Notes: generated from the letters alone by a model not told the origin. 64,000 nt of DNA from a candidate division WWE3 bacterium RAAC2_WWE3_1 (GCA_000503835.1 CP006914.1:45790-109789), one strand, 5' to 3'. Counted from the stretch's first letter, positions 1-9,609 are shown. Numbers and translations: made by a program.

Positions 1-160
1 TTGGAGTACTCTCCAAAATGCCTACTACTTTTTGAGGCTTTGTCCTCAAAATGCCTACTACTTTTTGAGGCTTTGTCCTCAAAATGCCTACTACTTTTTG
101 GGGTAACCCCCGAAATGCTTACTACTTTTTGAGGCTTTGTCCTCAAAATGCTTACTACTT
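1..160. repeat. Tandem 32-33 bp repeat array of hairpins (REP-like), truncated by the window edge
   Basis: Unit AAAATGC(C/T)TACTACTTTTTG-AGGCTTTGTCCTC starts at 15, 48, 81 (variant), ~112 and 145 (partial). Each unit carries an inverted repeat such as TTTTGAGG-ctttgt-CCTCAAAA. Confidence 0.95.
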
Positions 161-541
161 CTTTGCTAATTTCTTTTTCTGTCCGCCCACGGTCTTTCGT
201 TTACCTTTTCTCGTGCGGGAATTAGTCCTTGTGCGCTGTCCCCTCACGGGAAGTCCTGCCAAATGTCTAAGTCCTCTGTAAGATTTTACTTCCTGCAGAC
301 GTCTGATGTTCTGGTTAACCAGTCTTTTCAATTCTCCCTCGACATGAAGTTCCATGGCAGCTATGGAAGCGTTTATCTTTGCAACATCTTCGTCGGTAAG
401 ATCTTTGGCCCTGGTGTCGGGGTTTATGCCCGATCTCTCAAGTACTTTCCTGGATATTGTCGGACCGATACCGTAGATGTATCTTAAAGATGCTTCTATT
501 CTTTTTTCTCCCGGTATGTCTACACCTTTTATCCTTGGCAT
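155..541 (-). CDS. rpsM: 30S ribosomal protein S13
   Basis: [10 protein letters not shown]...YIYGIG...YRGLRH...[17 protein letters not shown]. Confidence 0.98.
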   Translation of the reverse strand: MPRIKGVDIPGEKRIEASLRYIYGIGPTISRKVLERSGINPDTRAKDLTDEDVAKINASIAAMELHVEGELKRLVNQNIRRLQEVKSYRGLRHLAGLPVRGQRTRTNSRTRKGKRKTVGGQKKKLAKK

Positions 542-543
542 AA

Positions 544-660
544 TTAACCCTGTCTTTGCTTGTGTTTCGGGTTTCTTTTACAAATAACCCTAACCGTCCT
601 GTTCCTTATAATAATTTTGCAATCTTTACAGATTGGTTTTACAGATGATCTGACTTTCAT
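544..660 (-). CDS. rpmJ: 50S ribosomal protein L36 (Zn-ribbon type), absent from the ORF track
   Basis: Manual translation [38 protein letters not shown]; lies between infA and rpsM. Confidence 0.97.
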   Translation of the reverse strand: MKVRSSVKPICKDCKIIIRNRTVRVICKRNPKHKQRQG

Positions 661-684
661 ATTTCAAAAATTCTTCCTGCCGAG

Positions 685-903
685 TTACTTAAGCCTGTAA
701 ATGATCCTGCCTCTCGTCAGATCGTGGGGGGAAAACTCTATTCTAACCTTGTCCCCAGGTAAAACCCTAATATGGGCCTTCCTCATTTTTCCCGATATGA
801 CAGCCAAAGCGTTAGTCTCGTCTTCAAATTCTATCTTGAACATTCCTCCCATATGGGTCTCAGTTATTTTTCCGTCTTTTGTAATTACTTCTTTTGTGCT
901 CAT
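685..903 (-). CDS. infA: Translation initiation factor IF-1
   Basis: ISGKMRK.HIRVLPGDKV.IEFSPHDLTRGRIIYR. Confidence 0.97.
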   Translation of the reverse strand: MSTKEVITKDGKITETHMGGMFKIEFEDETNALAVISGKMRKAHIRVLPGDKVRIEFSPHDLTRGRIIYRLK

Positions 904-932
904 TTAGCTTTCTGACTCAGCAAACGCGCTTG

Positions 933-961
933 ATTGTAACAGAACCGTTATCACAGGTCAA
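933..961 (-). promoter_or_regulatory. Sigma70-type promoter for infA-rpmJ-rpsM
   Basis: Minus strand TTGACC-N17-TACAAT with TG extension. Confidence 0.75.
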
Positions 962-1024
962 TAACCCTCTTTGGTATTGCTAAGAAGTGTTTTTAGCATC
1001 TCCCGGTTGTAAATTGAGGTTTTA

Positions 1025-1053
1025 TTGACTTTTCCAGCCGCGAAATTTATATT
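1025..1053 (+). promoter_or_regulatory. Sigma70-type promoter for serS
   Basis: TTGACT-N17-TATATT. Confidence 0.7.
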
Positions 1054-1094
1054 ACACATTGTATGTGTGAAAATCAACAAAAAAGGGATTTTTA

Positions 1095-2378
1095 ATGCTG
1101 GACATAAATTTTATCAAGAACAATTCGGAGCTGACCAAAAAAGCTGTCGAGAATAAACAACTCGGTAAGACCGTTTCTATAGACAAGTTAATAGAGACCC
1201 ACGATCGGTATCTGGACCTTTTGAAGAAAGTGGAAATCCACAGAGCGCTTAGAAACAAGCTTTCCGAGAGTATCTCAAAAGTGGCACCTCAGGATAGGTC
1301 TGATCTCATAAACGAAGCTACCGCCGTGAAAGGGGAGTTGGCAAAATACGAGCACGAGCTTGTTGAGACGAAGATCGTCTTTGACCGGTTAATGCTATGG
1401 GTACCAAGTGTTCCTGCCGAAGATGTTCCTGTAGGGATAGACGAGAGCGGCAATAAAGTGGTGCGGGAGGAAGGAAGTATTAACGGGCCTGCTTTTAAGC
1501 CTAAAGACCATGTTGATTTGGGCGTATCCCTCGATATCCTGGATCTGGAAAGAGGCGCAAAAATCGGGGGTTTCAGAGGGTATTTTTTAAAAAATGAGGG
1601 CGCCCAGCTTGAACAAGCCATTTTAAGGTATGCGTGTGACATGATGCTGGTCGAAGGTTACACCATGTTGAGTGTCCCATGGATAGTGAAACCCGAATTT
1701 TTTACCGGAACGGGGTATTTCCCGTGGGGAGAAGATGACCACTACAGGTTGGAAGATGATAAAGCGTTGATCGGGACGGCCGAAGTATCTCTCACCTCCT
1801 ATTATTCGGGCGAAATTCTGAATGAATCAGAACTTCCCATGAGGCTGTTTGGATTGAGTCCGTGCTTTAGAAAAGAAATTGGAGCATACGGCAAAGATAC
1901 CAAAGGTATTTTCAGACTGCATCAATTTAACAAAGTTGAGCAGGTAGTACTCACAACTGCTAACGAAGAGATAACCAGAGAATGGCATGAAAAAATGCTG
2001 AGTCACGCCGAAAACATACTAAAAGGCCTGAAACTTCCCTATAGGGTACTTTTAATGTGCACGGGGGACATGGGTGCGGGACAGGTTAAGAAGTATGACT
2101 TAGAGACGTGGTTCCCGTCGCAGGGAAACTACAGAGAGACCCACTCGGACTCATATTTCAGGGATTTTCAATCCAGAAGGCTGAACATCAGGTATAGAGA
2201 CTTCTCCGGGGAACTTAAATACGTTTATACTCTCAACAACACCGTAGCCGCCACCCCGAGGCTTTTAGCTGCAGTTCTGGAAAATTACCAGAATGTTGAC
2301 GGGAGTGTTACCGTTCCCGAAGTTTTAAAGAAGTACGTAAGCTTCGACAAAATTCTGCCCAAACAGAAAATTATTTGA
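1095..2378 (+). CDS. serS: Seryl-tRNA synthetase
   Basis: N-terminal coiled coil; GTAEV, CFRKE, RLHQFNKVEQ, TLNNT motifs. Confidence 0.98.
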   Translation: MLDINFIKNNSELTKKAVENKQLGKTVSIDKLIETHDRYLDLLKKVEIHRALRNKLSESISKVAPQDRSDLINEATAVKGELAKYEHELVETKIVFDRLMLWVPSVPAEDVPVGIDESGNKVVREEGSINGPAFKPKDHVDLGVSLDILDLERGAKIGGFRGYFLKNEGAQLEQAILRYACDMMLVEGYTMLSVPWIVKPEFFTGTGYFPWGEDDHYRLEDDKALIGTAEVSLTSYYSGEILNESELPMRLFGLSPCFRKEIGAYGKDTKGIFRLHQFNKVEQVVLTTANEEITREWHEKMLSHAENILKGLKLPYRVLLMCTGDMGAGQVKKYDLETWFPSQGNYRETHSDSYFRDFQSRRLNIRYRDFSGELKYVYTLNNTVAATPRLLAAVLENYQNVDGSVTVPEVLKKYVSFDKILPKQKII

Positions 2379-2392
2379 TAGTATGGGTCAAT

Positions 2393-3082
2393 ATGAATAT
2401 TTTTGACGGTATTCAGTTGCCGAAGATTATTTACGAAACCGATTCAAAATATAACGGTAAAGTGCAAGTTTGGGAGGTCGGGAAAACCCGCAAGATTAAA
2501 GTCGATAAGATAGATCAGTCAATATCCCATAAATCTCCTTCAGCCAACCGTCTTGTTTGGGGGAAAGTTATAGAAGTCCTTGAAGAAAACGCCCCCGACC
2601 TTAAAAATATCCTAATCCTGGGGCTGGGCGGAGGTACCATGGCTCATTTGATTTCGGAAAAATTCAACGCTCCCAGGATTGTAAGCGTCGAGATAGATCC
2701 GGTAATGGTCGATATAGCAAAAAAATATTTCGACCTTGATTCGGTACCGAACCATAGGATAATCATCGACGATGCTTTGAGAGTTGTTGTTGAACCGGAA
2801 GAGTTCGATTTAAAACCCGAGTCTTTTAACGTGTGCATCGTCGATATATTCCAGGGAGAAAAATATCCGGATCTTGGAAAGTCCGGTAATTTCATTACCT
2901 CGGTAAAGAAAATGGTAAGGCCGGGCGGACTGTTAATTTTTAACAGAATCTATTTGGATTATCATCAGGACGACGTGAATATCTTCATCGAGTACCTCGG
3001 AGACTTTCTGCAGAACGTGACATGTTTGGTTGTTGCAGGTTACACGAATTCAGACAACGTATTAATCTACGGAAAAGTCTGA
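2393..3082 (+). CDS. Class I SAM-dependent methyltransferase, spermidine-synthase-like
   Basis: ILILGLGGG...VEIDP...DDAL...VDIF; ATG 2393 preferred over TTG 2375. Confidence 0.8.
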   Translation: MNIFDGIQLPKIIYETDSKYNGKVQVWEVGKTRKIKVDKIDQSISHKSPSANRLVWGKVIEVLEENAPDLKNILILGLGGGTMAHLISEKFNAPRIVSVEIDPVMVDIAKKYFDLDSVPNHRIIIDDALRVVVEPEEFDLKPESFNVCIVDIFQGEKYPDLGKSGNFITSVKKMVRPGGLLIFNRIYLDYHQDDVNIFIEYLGDFLQNVTCLVVAGYTNSDNVLIYGKV

Positions 3083-3092
3083 CCCTTTATTA

Positions 3093-3917
3093 ATGACTCT
3101 TTTTCAATCTATTATCATGGGAATAGTTCAGGGTCTTACCGAGTTTATACCGGTTTCCTCTTCCGGGCATCTAATAATTTTTCCGGAACTGTTCGGCTGG
3201 GAACAGGGCGGTTTGGCTTTTGATACAACCCTGCATTTAGGTACGTTAGCCGCACTTCTTGTTTATTTTTATAAAGACCTCAGAAGAATGGTTCTTTCCC
3301 TAATAAGAGATGCAGGGAAATCGACATATCATTTCAGCCGGTATTCTCCGGAAAGTAAACTGGTTGTTTGGTTACTTATCGCTACGGTACCTGCCGGATT
3401 AGCCGCTTTTTTATTTGGAGACTATTTGGAAAGTACTTTCAGAAGCATGTTAAGCGTCTCAATATTTTTATTGCTGGGTTCAGTTCTGATGTTTTTTGCA
3501 GACAGGCTCGGGAAAAACGGGGATAAATCGCAGCCCGCACCCCCGATAAGTTATGGCAAAGTTATTGTCGCGGGTTTTTTTCAATGCCTGGCATTATTTC
3601 CCGGAGTTTCCAGATCGGGGTCAACTATTTCCGGCGGACTAATATCGGGACTGAACAGAACTCAGGCGGCAAGAATTTCATTCCTTCTCTCTATACCTAT
3701 AATAGCTGCAGCGGGTGCTTTTCAACTTCCCGATGCTTTGGCGGTGTATTCGGGCGCCGGTGCGGGTACTCTGATTTCAGGTTTTCTTACCAGTGCGCTG
3801 TCGGGATATCTGGCTGTGTCTTTTCTTATGAAGTATCTAAATTCTCACGGGTTAAGGTCATTTATTATTTACCGTGTGGTACTTTCAATTTTTCTCATTT
3901 TTTTGTACATCGCGTAA
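3093..3917 (+). CDS. uppP: Undecaprenyl-diphosphate phosphatase
   Basis: QGLTEFIPVSSSGH and PGVSRSG motifs; polytopic membrane protein. Confidence 0.96.
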   Translation: MTLFQSIIMGIVQGLTEFIPVSSSGHLIIFPELFGWEQGGLAFDTTLHLGTLAALLVYFYKDLRRMVLSLIRDAGKSTYHFSRYSPESKLVVWLLIATVPAGLAAFLFGDYLESTFRSMLSVSIFLLLGSVLMFFADRLGKNGDKSQPAPPISYGKVIVAGFFQCLALFPGVSRSGSTISGGLISGLNRTQAARISFLLSIPIIAAAGAFQLPDALAVYSGAGAGTLISGFLTSALSGYLAVSFLMKYLNSHGLRSFIIYRVVLSIFLIFLYIA

Positions 3918-3955
3918 CACCCGCCCGGTTAAGCGGTGATATAATCATTCTCGAT

Positions 3956-6505
3956 ATGTTTAAGTTATTTGTTGATTCAAACGAAAAACAGCTGAAGAAA
4001 ATAGAGCCTTTGGTAGCTGCAATAAACTCTCTGGAACCCGCTGTCAGTAAGATGACCCGGGTGGAGATGCTTTCCAAAGTGGAAGACTGGAAGAAGGAAT
4101 TGTCGGGATTGGACTACGACGCTCAAAAAAAAGTTATGGAAAAAATACTTCCCGAAGCTTTTGCATTTGTCCGCGAAGCCTCCGTTAGGACCTCGGGTAA
4201 GCGTCATTTCGACGTCCAGCTCATGGCCGGTGTGGTCTTGCACGAAGGTAAAATTTCCGAGCAAAAGACCGGGGAAGGAAAAACTCTTACGGCGACCCTT
4301 CCATTATTTTTAAATTCGCTGACGGGACGGGGGGCTCATTTGGTCACCCCCAACGATTACCTCTCCAGGCACGGCGCAGGTTGGATGGGTGATATATACA
4401 CTTACCTGGGAATAAGCGTAGGAGTAATAATGCAGGAAAGGGCTTTTGTTTACGACAGTACTCACGAAGGAACCGAATTCGACGATATCTACGCCGTACA
4501 TCTGAGAGAAGTTTCCCGGCAGGAAGCCTATAAATGTGGAATTGTGTATGGAACTAACCACGAGTTCGGTTTTGATTATCTTAGGGATAACATGGTGCGC
4601 TCGTTAGGCTCCATGGTTCAGACGAATCCGAACGGAGAGTTCGGCGTTCACAACTTTGCTATCGTCGATGAAGTCGATTCTATTTTGATTGATGTCGCAA
4701 GAACCCCGTTGATAATATCAGCCGCGGATGCCAAACCTTCCTCAAGATATTTTGACGCCGATCGGATAGTAAAAACTTTAGCCAAAAATTCCGATTACGA
4801 AGTAGAAGAAAAGTATAAAAACGTAACACTGACCGACCTCGGTATAAGGCGGGTAGAAAGACTGTTGGGTGTTAGCAATTTATATGAGCAGGATTTCGAG
4901 ATGGTTCATTTGATGGAAGAAGCTCTTACTGCCCACGCTTTATATGAGAAAGACCGTGATTATGTTGTTAAAGACGGAAAGGTTGTAATTGTTGATCAGT
5001 TCACCGGAAGATTACTCCCCAGCAACAGGTTTTCTCACGGGCTTCATCAGGCAATCGAGGCAAAAGAAGGAGTAGAGATTCAGCAGGAGTCAAAAACCCT
5101 GGCGGAAATTTCCTACCAAAATTATTTTAGAATGTACAAAAAGCTCGCCGGTATGACGGGAACTGCCGCGACCGAAGCCGAGGAATTTTACAAAATATAT
5201 AAGCTCGATGTTGTAGCCATTCCTACCAACAAACCCAATACCAGAAAAGATCAGAACGATGTTGTTTATAAAACGGAAAGCGCCAAATTTAAAGCCGTAG
5301 CAGATGACATTGTAAAAAGGCACTCTAAAGGTCAGCCGGTTCTGGTGGGAACTACTTCGGTTGAGAAAAGTGAACAGTTGCACGAACTTCTTTCGAGAAG
5401 AAAAGTTCCTCATGAAATATTAAATGCAAAAAATCACGAACGGGAAGCGTTAATAATCGCCCAGGCGGGAAGAAAAGGCGGGGTGACCATTTCGACTAAT
5501 ATGGCAGGTAGAGGTGTCGACATCGTTTTGGGCGGCGACCCTCCGGTTGAAAACGAACAAAAAGAGGTTATTGATGCGGGAGGGCTTTATGTTATTGGTA
5601 CAGAAAGACATGACTCGAGAAGAATTGATAATCAGTTAAGAGGGCGTTCAGGCAGGCAGGGAGATCCGGGCGAGACCAGGTTCTTCGTTTCACTTCAGGA
5701 CGACCTGATGAGGATTTTCGGCGGTGAGCAGGTAAGTAAAATGATGGACAGGTTCGGTATCGACGAAACAATTCCTTTGGAAGCGGGTTTAGTTACCAGG
5801 TCGATTGAAAACGCACAAAAAAGAGTAGAAGGGTTCAACTTCGATCGCAGAAAACAAGTTGTCGAAATGGACGATGTTATAAATGTTCACCGTGAAGTTA
5901 TCTATTCTCTCAGACGTAGAATACTCGAGCTTGAATCGGGTGTCACCGAACATAAAGACTGGCTGATGCAGAAACTCGCCTCCTCGTCCGTACTTAACGA
6001 AGAACTTTGGGCGGAAAAAGAAAAGGAATTTGGGGAGGACACATGGCTTGATATTGTTTCAGATTGGAGCCTTCCGGTTATTGATAATTTTTGGATGGAC
6101 CACCTTGTTGATATGGACCAGGTACGTGAGGGTATCGGGCTAAGAGGTTACGCACAAAGGGATCCGATGGTGGAGTATAAGAAAGAAGGCCACGAGAGAT
6201 TTGAAATATTACTCGGGCGCATCTATTCTTTTGTCGGGGAAAGATTAAGTAAGGCGAGCAGTGCTACGGTGGTAAAGACATCCGCGGCAGAAGACGCTCT
6301 CTTATCAAGATTGAACTATCAGCACGGTGAATTGGAAACAGGAGTTTCGGAAGAAGCGGCTGCCAACAAGACACCGAGAGTTGTGGACCAGATGGGTAGG
6401 GTTCTTAAGGTCGAGCAAATATTATCGGGAAAAGTTAAAGTCGGAAGAAACGATCCGTGCCCCTGCGGCAGCGGGAAGAAATACAAACACTGTCATGGAA
6501 AGTAA
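3956..6505 (+). CDS. secA: Preprotein translocase ATPase SecA
   Basis: KTGEGKT, VDEVDSILID, STNMAGRG, QLRGRSGRQGD, C-terminal GRNDPCPCGSGKKYKHCH; start set at ATG 3956. Confidence 0.97.
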   Translation: MFKLFVDSNEKQLKKIEPLVAAINSLEPAVSKMTRVEMLSKVEDWKKELSGLDYDAQKKVMEKILPEAFAFVREASVRTSGKRHFDVQLMAGVVLHEGKISEQKTGEGKTLTATLPLFLNSLTGRGAHLVTPNDYLSRHGAGWMGDIYTYLGISVGVIMQERAFVYDSTHEGTEFDDIYAVHLREVSRQEAYKCGIVYGTNHEFGFDYLRDNMVRSLGSMVQTNPNGEFGVHNFAIVDEVDSILIDVARTPLIISAADAKPSSRYFDADRIVKTLAKNSDYEVEEKYKNVTLTDLGIRRVERLLGVSNLYEQDFEMVHLMEEALTAHALYEKDRDYVVKDGKVVIVDQFTGRLLPSNRFSHGLHQAIEAKEGVEIQQESKTLAEISYQNYFRMYKKLAGMTGTAATEAEEFYKIYKLDVVAIPTNKPNTRKDQNDVVYKTESAKFKAVADDIVKRHSKGQPVLVGTTSVEKSEQLHELLSRRKVPHEILNAKNHEREALIIAQAGRKGGVTISTNMAGRGVDIVLGGDPPVENEQKEVIDAGGLYVIGTERHDSRRIDNQLRGRSGRQGDPGETRFFVSLQDDLMRIFGGEQVSKMMDRFGIDETIPLEAGLVTRSIENAQKRVEGFNFDRRKQVVEMDDVINVHREVIYSLRRRILELESGVTEHKDWLMQKLASSSVLNEELWAEKEKEFGEDTWLDIVSDWSLPVIDNFWMDHLVDMDQVREGIGLRGYAQRDPMVEYKKEGHERFEILLGRIYSFVGERLSKASSATVVKTSAAEDALLSRLNYQHGELETGVSEEAAANKTPRVVDQMGRVLKVEQILSGKVKVGRNDPCPCGSGKKYKHCHGK

Positions 6506-7466
6506 GCAGGTTAAACACGAATTGTTCGTGAGCAAGGTGAAAAATGTTTTCGGTTCCGGAGCAGAAAAAATTTTGGAGGGTATTTTACACCCCCGTTACG
6601 AAACCTTTAGGATAAATTTACGCAAGTCCGGTGTTGGCGAGGCGTTGGAAACGTTGCGGATGCTCGGGTTTGAAATTAAGGAAGGTCCGGTCCCCGGTTC
6701 CTTCATTAACTTGTCTTCCATTAATGATTTAAAAATTTCTCAAACCGACCTTTTTAAAAAAGGGATTTTATATGTTCAGGGATTGAGCAGCATGTTGGGT
6801 GTAGTTGTATTGGATCCAAAACCTGACGATAAGGTAATGGACCTTTGCGCAAGTCCAGGAAGTAAAACTTCTTTCATGGCCACACTGACGGGTGTGCCTA
6901 AAAATATTTATGCCGTAGAAAGTAATTCCGGACGTTTTTATTCGATGAAAAAGAATCTGGCGATGCAGGGCTATCCCGATGTTGTTACCGTTAAAGCGAA
7001 CGCGGCCGGATTGCTCAACAGATATCCCGTGTTCCGCGAAGCGTTTGACAGGGTATTAGTCGATGTGCCCTGCTCCAACGAGGGTAATGTGAGATTTTCA
7101 GCTCCCGATCCGCTTAAGTTCTGGAATCCAAAACTGCCGAAAAAAATATCAATGCTTCAAAAGAAGATCCTCGCCTCCGGATACGGCATGTTGAAGCCGG
7201 GCGGTTACATGGTCTATTCAACCTGCACATATTCATTTGAAGAGAACGAGTCCGTAATAAATTGGGCATTAAAAAAATTTCCGGACCTTGATGTGATGAA
7301 AATAAATAGCCGGGTCAAGAATCTGAAATATCTTAAAGGACTTACGGAATATAAAGGCGAAGAGACAGATCCGCGAATATCTAATACGATGAGAATTTTA
7401 CCCGATAATTATTTTGACGGCTTTTTTATTTCGCTTCTGCAGCGACGGCCTGCCGGAGCACGTTAA
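6495..7466 (+). CDS. RsmB/RsmF (NOL1/NOP2/Sun) family RNA m5C methyltransferase
   Basis: DLCASPGSKT, VDVPCS, YSTCT...EENE; ATG 6495 overlaps the secA end. Confidence 0.92.
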   Translation: MESKQVKHELFVSKVKNVFGSGAEKILEGILHPRYETFRINLRKSGVGEALETLRMLGFEIKEGPVPGSFINLSSINDLKISQTDLFKKGILYVQGLSSMLGVVVLDPKPDDKVMDLCASPGSKTSFMATLTGVPKNIYAVESNSGRFYSMKKNLAMQGYPDVVTVKANAAGLLNRYPVFREAFDRVLVDVPCSNEGNVRFSAPDPLKFWNPKLPKKISMLQKKILASGYGMLKPGGYMVYSTCTYSFEENESVINWALKKFPDLDVMKINSRVKNLKYLKGLTEYKGEETDPRISNTMRILPDNYFDGFFISLLQRRPAGAR

Positions 7467-9024
7467 GGGCATTAATAGCATTAGCGTCTCCCGGATTGAG
7501 CTCCAGTGTTTTTAACCAGTAGATCTTTGCAGTCTCGTAATCTTTCTTGTAGAACGCAATTACACCCATTTTGTACGTTGCCCCGTACAGTCTCGGATTC
7601 ATCTGGTACGATTGTTCCAGATATTTCCATGCGTTATCGTAATCTCCCATTTGCAGGTAAACATACCCCAGATTGTGAACTGCGTCAGCGTATGTCGGGT
7701 CGAGCTCGATGGATTTTTTGAAGTTGGCAACAGCCAGATCGTATTTTTGCTCCCTTGCGTATACATCTCCGAGGTTGTTGTAAACCCTAAAACTGTACGG
7801 GGACACTTTTTGGGTCGCATGCCAGAGATTGCTTGTGCTCAAGAGATCCTGCGTCCTGATTGCGGTCCTGATAGTATAGAAAGCTAACAAAAGGGCAACC
7901 GCGTAAATCGTAAATTTCCTGATGCCTGTGTATTTTTCCAGATAAGGAATGACGAATGCAAGTATTAGGCTGAAGGCCATCGTCGAAAGGTAAAGGTATC
8001 TTTCGGCAATAAACCATGCTATAGCCACCGGACTGAACGATGGCAGTGTAGAGATGAAAATAAGTAAGATGAGTCCGGCCACGTAGCTGGCTTTTTTGTA
8101 AAGTTTAAGGATAACGACTACCATGGCGAGCGTTACCGCAATCATTGCTGTGTAAGAAACCATGCTGATGTAAATTCCCTCGTGATAGACGGTCAGAGCC
8201 AGGGGAGAGATTAACAGTTTTATTACAGTAAACACTATATAAGGTGTCCGGTTCAGTAACGGCGTGGCGGTGTAGGGATTGTAATAATAGTCCTGTTTAA
8301 GATCAGTAACCCTGGCCGTAAAACCTCCGAACAGATTTATGTACGCATGAATGGCTGCGAAGATAAAATATGGAAGTATCCAAAGCATCGATTTGAAATT
8401 GAACTTCCTGTTCAGAATTAGCTGATCAAAGACCAGCAAAGAAAAAGGTAGTGTGAGTACCCAGGCGTTCCTTAATAATACCAGCGAGAGTATAAAAATG
8501 ACGATCTCTGCCACGTAATATCTTCTCTGCCCGGATTTCCGGAATAAGTAGTGGAATATCATGGTAATTAATGTGAAAAAAACAATGTGCAGATAATGCA
8601 TCGCCGATATCCATCCTACGGCCTCACTGGCAAGAGGGTGTACTGCAAAAAGAAGGCTCGCTATGAGGGCCTTTTGTTTGTCAAATACCGCGTACGCAAA
8701 GAGGAATAACAGTACGACGTTAACATAGTGGGAAAGCACCGAGAACACGTGGTAAGCTCCCGGTTCTAGCCCGAAAACGGAGTATATGAGAGCCAGTTCC
8801 ATGTTGTAGAGAAATCCTGTTTTGAACATTTTTCCCATATTTCCGATGTCGGGGTTATACAAAATACCTTTCTCATCATCCATGTTCAGGAACTCCCCTC
8901 TCGCAAGATTTCCGTAGGCTATCATCACTAAAAGGAACAGCAAAAGGAATGTGACACGGTTGTCTTTTATAATTTGAAAAAAATCCTTAATTGATGTAAT
9001 TTCTTTATGAGATTTATTGTCCAT
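7426..9024 (-). CDS. TMTC-like membrane glycosyltransferase (GT-C fold) with C-terminal TPRs
   Basis: MDD acidic loop, FAVHP..SEAVGW, AERYLY, TPR repeats (YNNLG, HNLG). Confidence 0.82.
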   Translation of the reverse strand: MDNKSHKEITSIKDFFQIIKDNRVTFLLLFLLVMIAYGNLARGEFLNMDDEKGILYNPDIGNMGKMFKTGFLYNMELALIYSVFGLEPGAYHVFSVLSHYVNVVLLFLFAYAVFDKQKALIASLLFAVHPLASEAVGWISAMHYLHIVFFTLITMIFHYLFRKSGQRRYYVAEIVIFILSLVLLRNAWVLTLPFSLLVFDQLILNRKFNFKSMLWILPYFIFAAIHAYINLFGGFTARVTDLKQDYYYNPYTATPLLNRTPYIVFTVIKLLISPLALTVYHEGIYISMVSYTAMIAVTLAMVVVILKLYKKASYVAGLILLIFISTLPSFSPVAIAWFIAERYLYLSTMAFSLILAFVIPYLEKYTGIRKFTIYAVALLLAFYTIRTAIRTQDLLSTSNLWHATQKVSPYSFRVYNNLGDVYAREQKYDLAVANFKKSIELDPTYADAVHNLGYVYLQMGDYDNAWKYLEQSYQMNPRLYGATYKMGVIAFYKKDYETAKIYWLKTLELNPGDANAINALNVLRQAVAAEAK

Positions 9025-9057
9025 AGTTGGATATTATATAAATACCACAAAACCGAC

Positions 9058-9606
9058 ATGAATATAAAGAGACATTTTTACGAAATAGCAGAGTCCTTTT
9101 TAACTTCCCTCGTCGTTGTTCTTGTACTGTACATCACGATAGGATCGGTCGAGGTTGTCTGGGGAGCGAGCATGGAACCGAACTTCGAAACGGGTGAAAG
9201 GATACTTGTGGATAAAATAACCAGGAATTTCAGAGATTATGAAAGGGGCGAGGTAGTCGTGCTCGTGCCTCCTACCGAGGACTCAAAACACTTTATAAAA
9301 AGGGTCGTCGGACTCCCGGGTGACATAATTAAGGTATTTGAGTGTAAAATCTATATATACCGAGATGGCAGTCAATTTACCCTGGACGAGGAGTATCTGG
9401 GTTCCAATGGTTGTACTATTGGTGGAAACGAGTTTCTGCAGGAGGGCAGGTCGGTGGAAATAAAGGACGGTTACTATGTTGTGATGGGGGATAACAGGCG
9501 TAATTCCCTGGATTCCCGTGTTTTCGGCATGGTTAAGGCTTCGGATATCGTGGGAAGGGTGGTTTTTCGTTTTTGGCCGGTGGGAAAGGCTGGATTCGTA
9601 AATTAG
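9058..9606 (+). CDS. lepB: Signal peptidase I
   Basis: SMEPN, FIKRVVGLPGD, MGDNRRNSLDSR. Confidence 0.95.
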   Translation: MNIKRHFYEIAESFLTSLVVVLVLYITIGSVEVVWGASMEPNFETGERILVDKITRNFRDYERGEVVVLVPPTEDSKHFIKRVVGLPGDIIKVFECKIYIYRDGSQFTLDEEYLGSNGCTIGGNEFLQEGRSVEIKDGYYVVMGDNRRNSLDSRVFGMVKASDIVGRVVFRFWPVGKAGFVN

Positions 9607-9609
9607 ACA

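Noticed and set aside
1-160. CRISPR array
   Set aside because: The variable parts are only 10-12 nt, self-complementary and repeated three times; no cas genes are in the window.
84-281. 65-aa ORF with repeated NAYYF
   Set aside because: Product of the DNA repeat and antisense to rpsM.
3584-3955. 124-aa N-terminal extension of SecA
   Set aside because: Overlaps uppP in another frame; SecA similarity and a -10 box support ATG 3956.
6327-6494. N-terminal extension of the RsmB/F-type ORF
   Set aside because: Lies inside secA; ATG 6495 is the plausible start.
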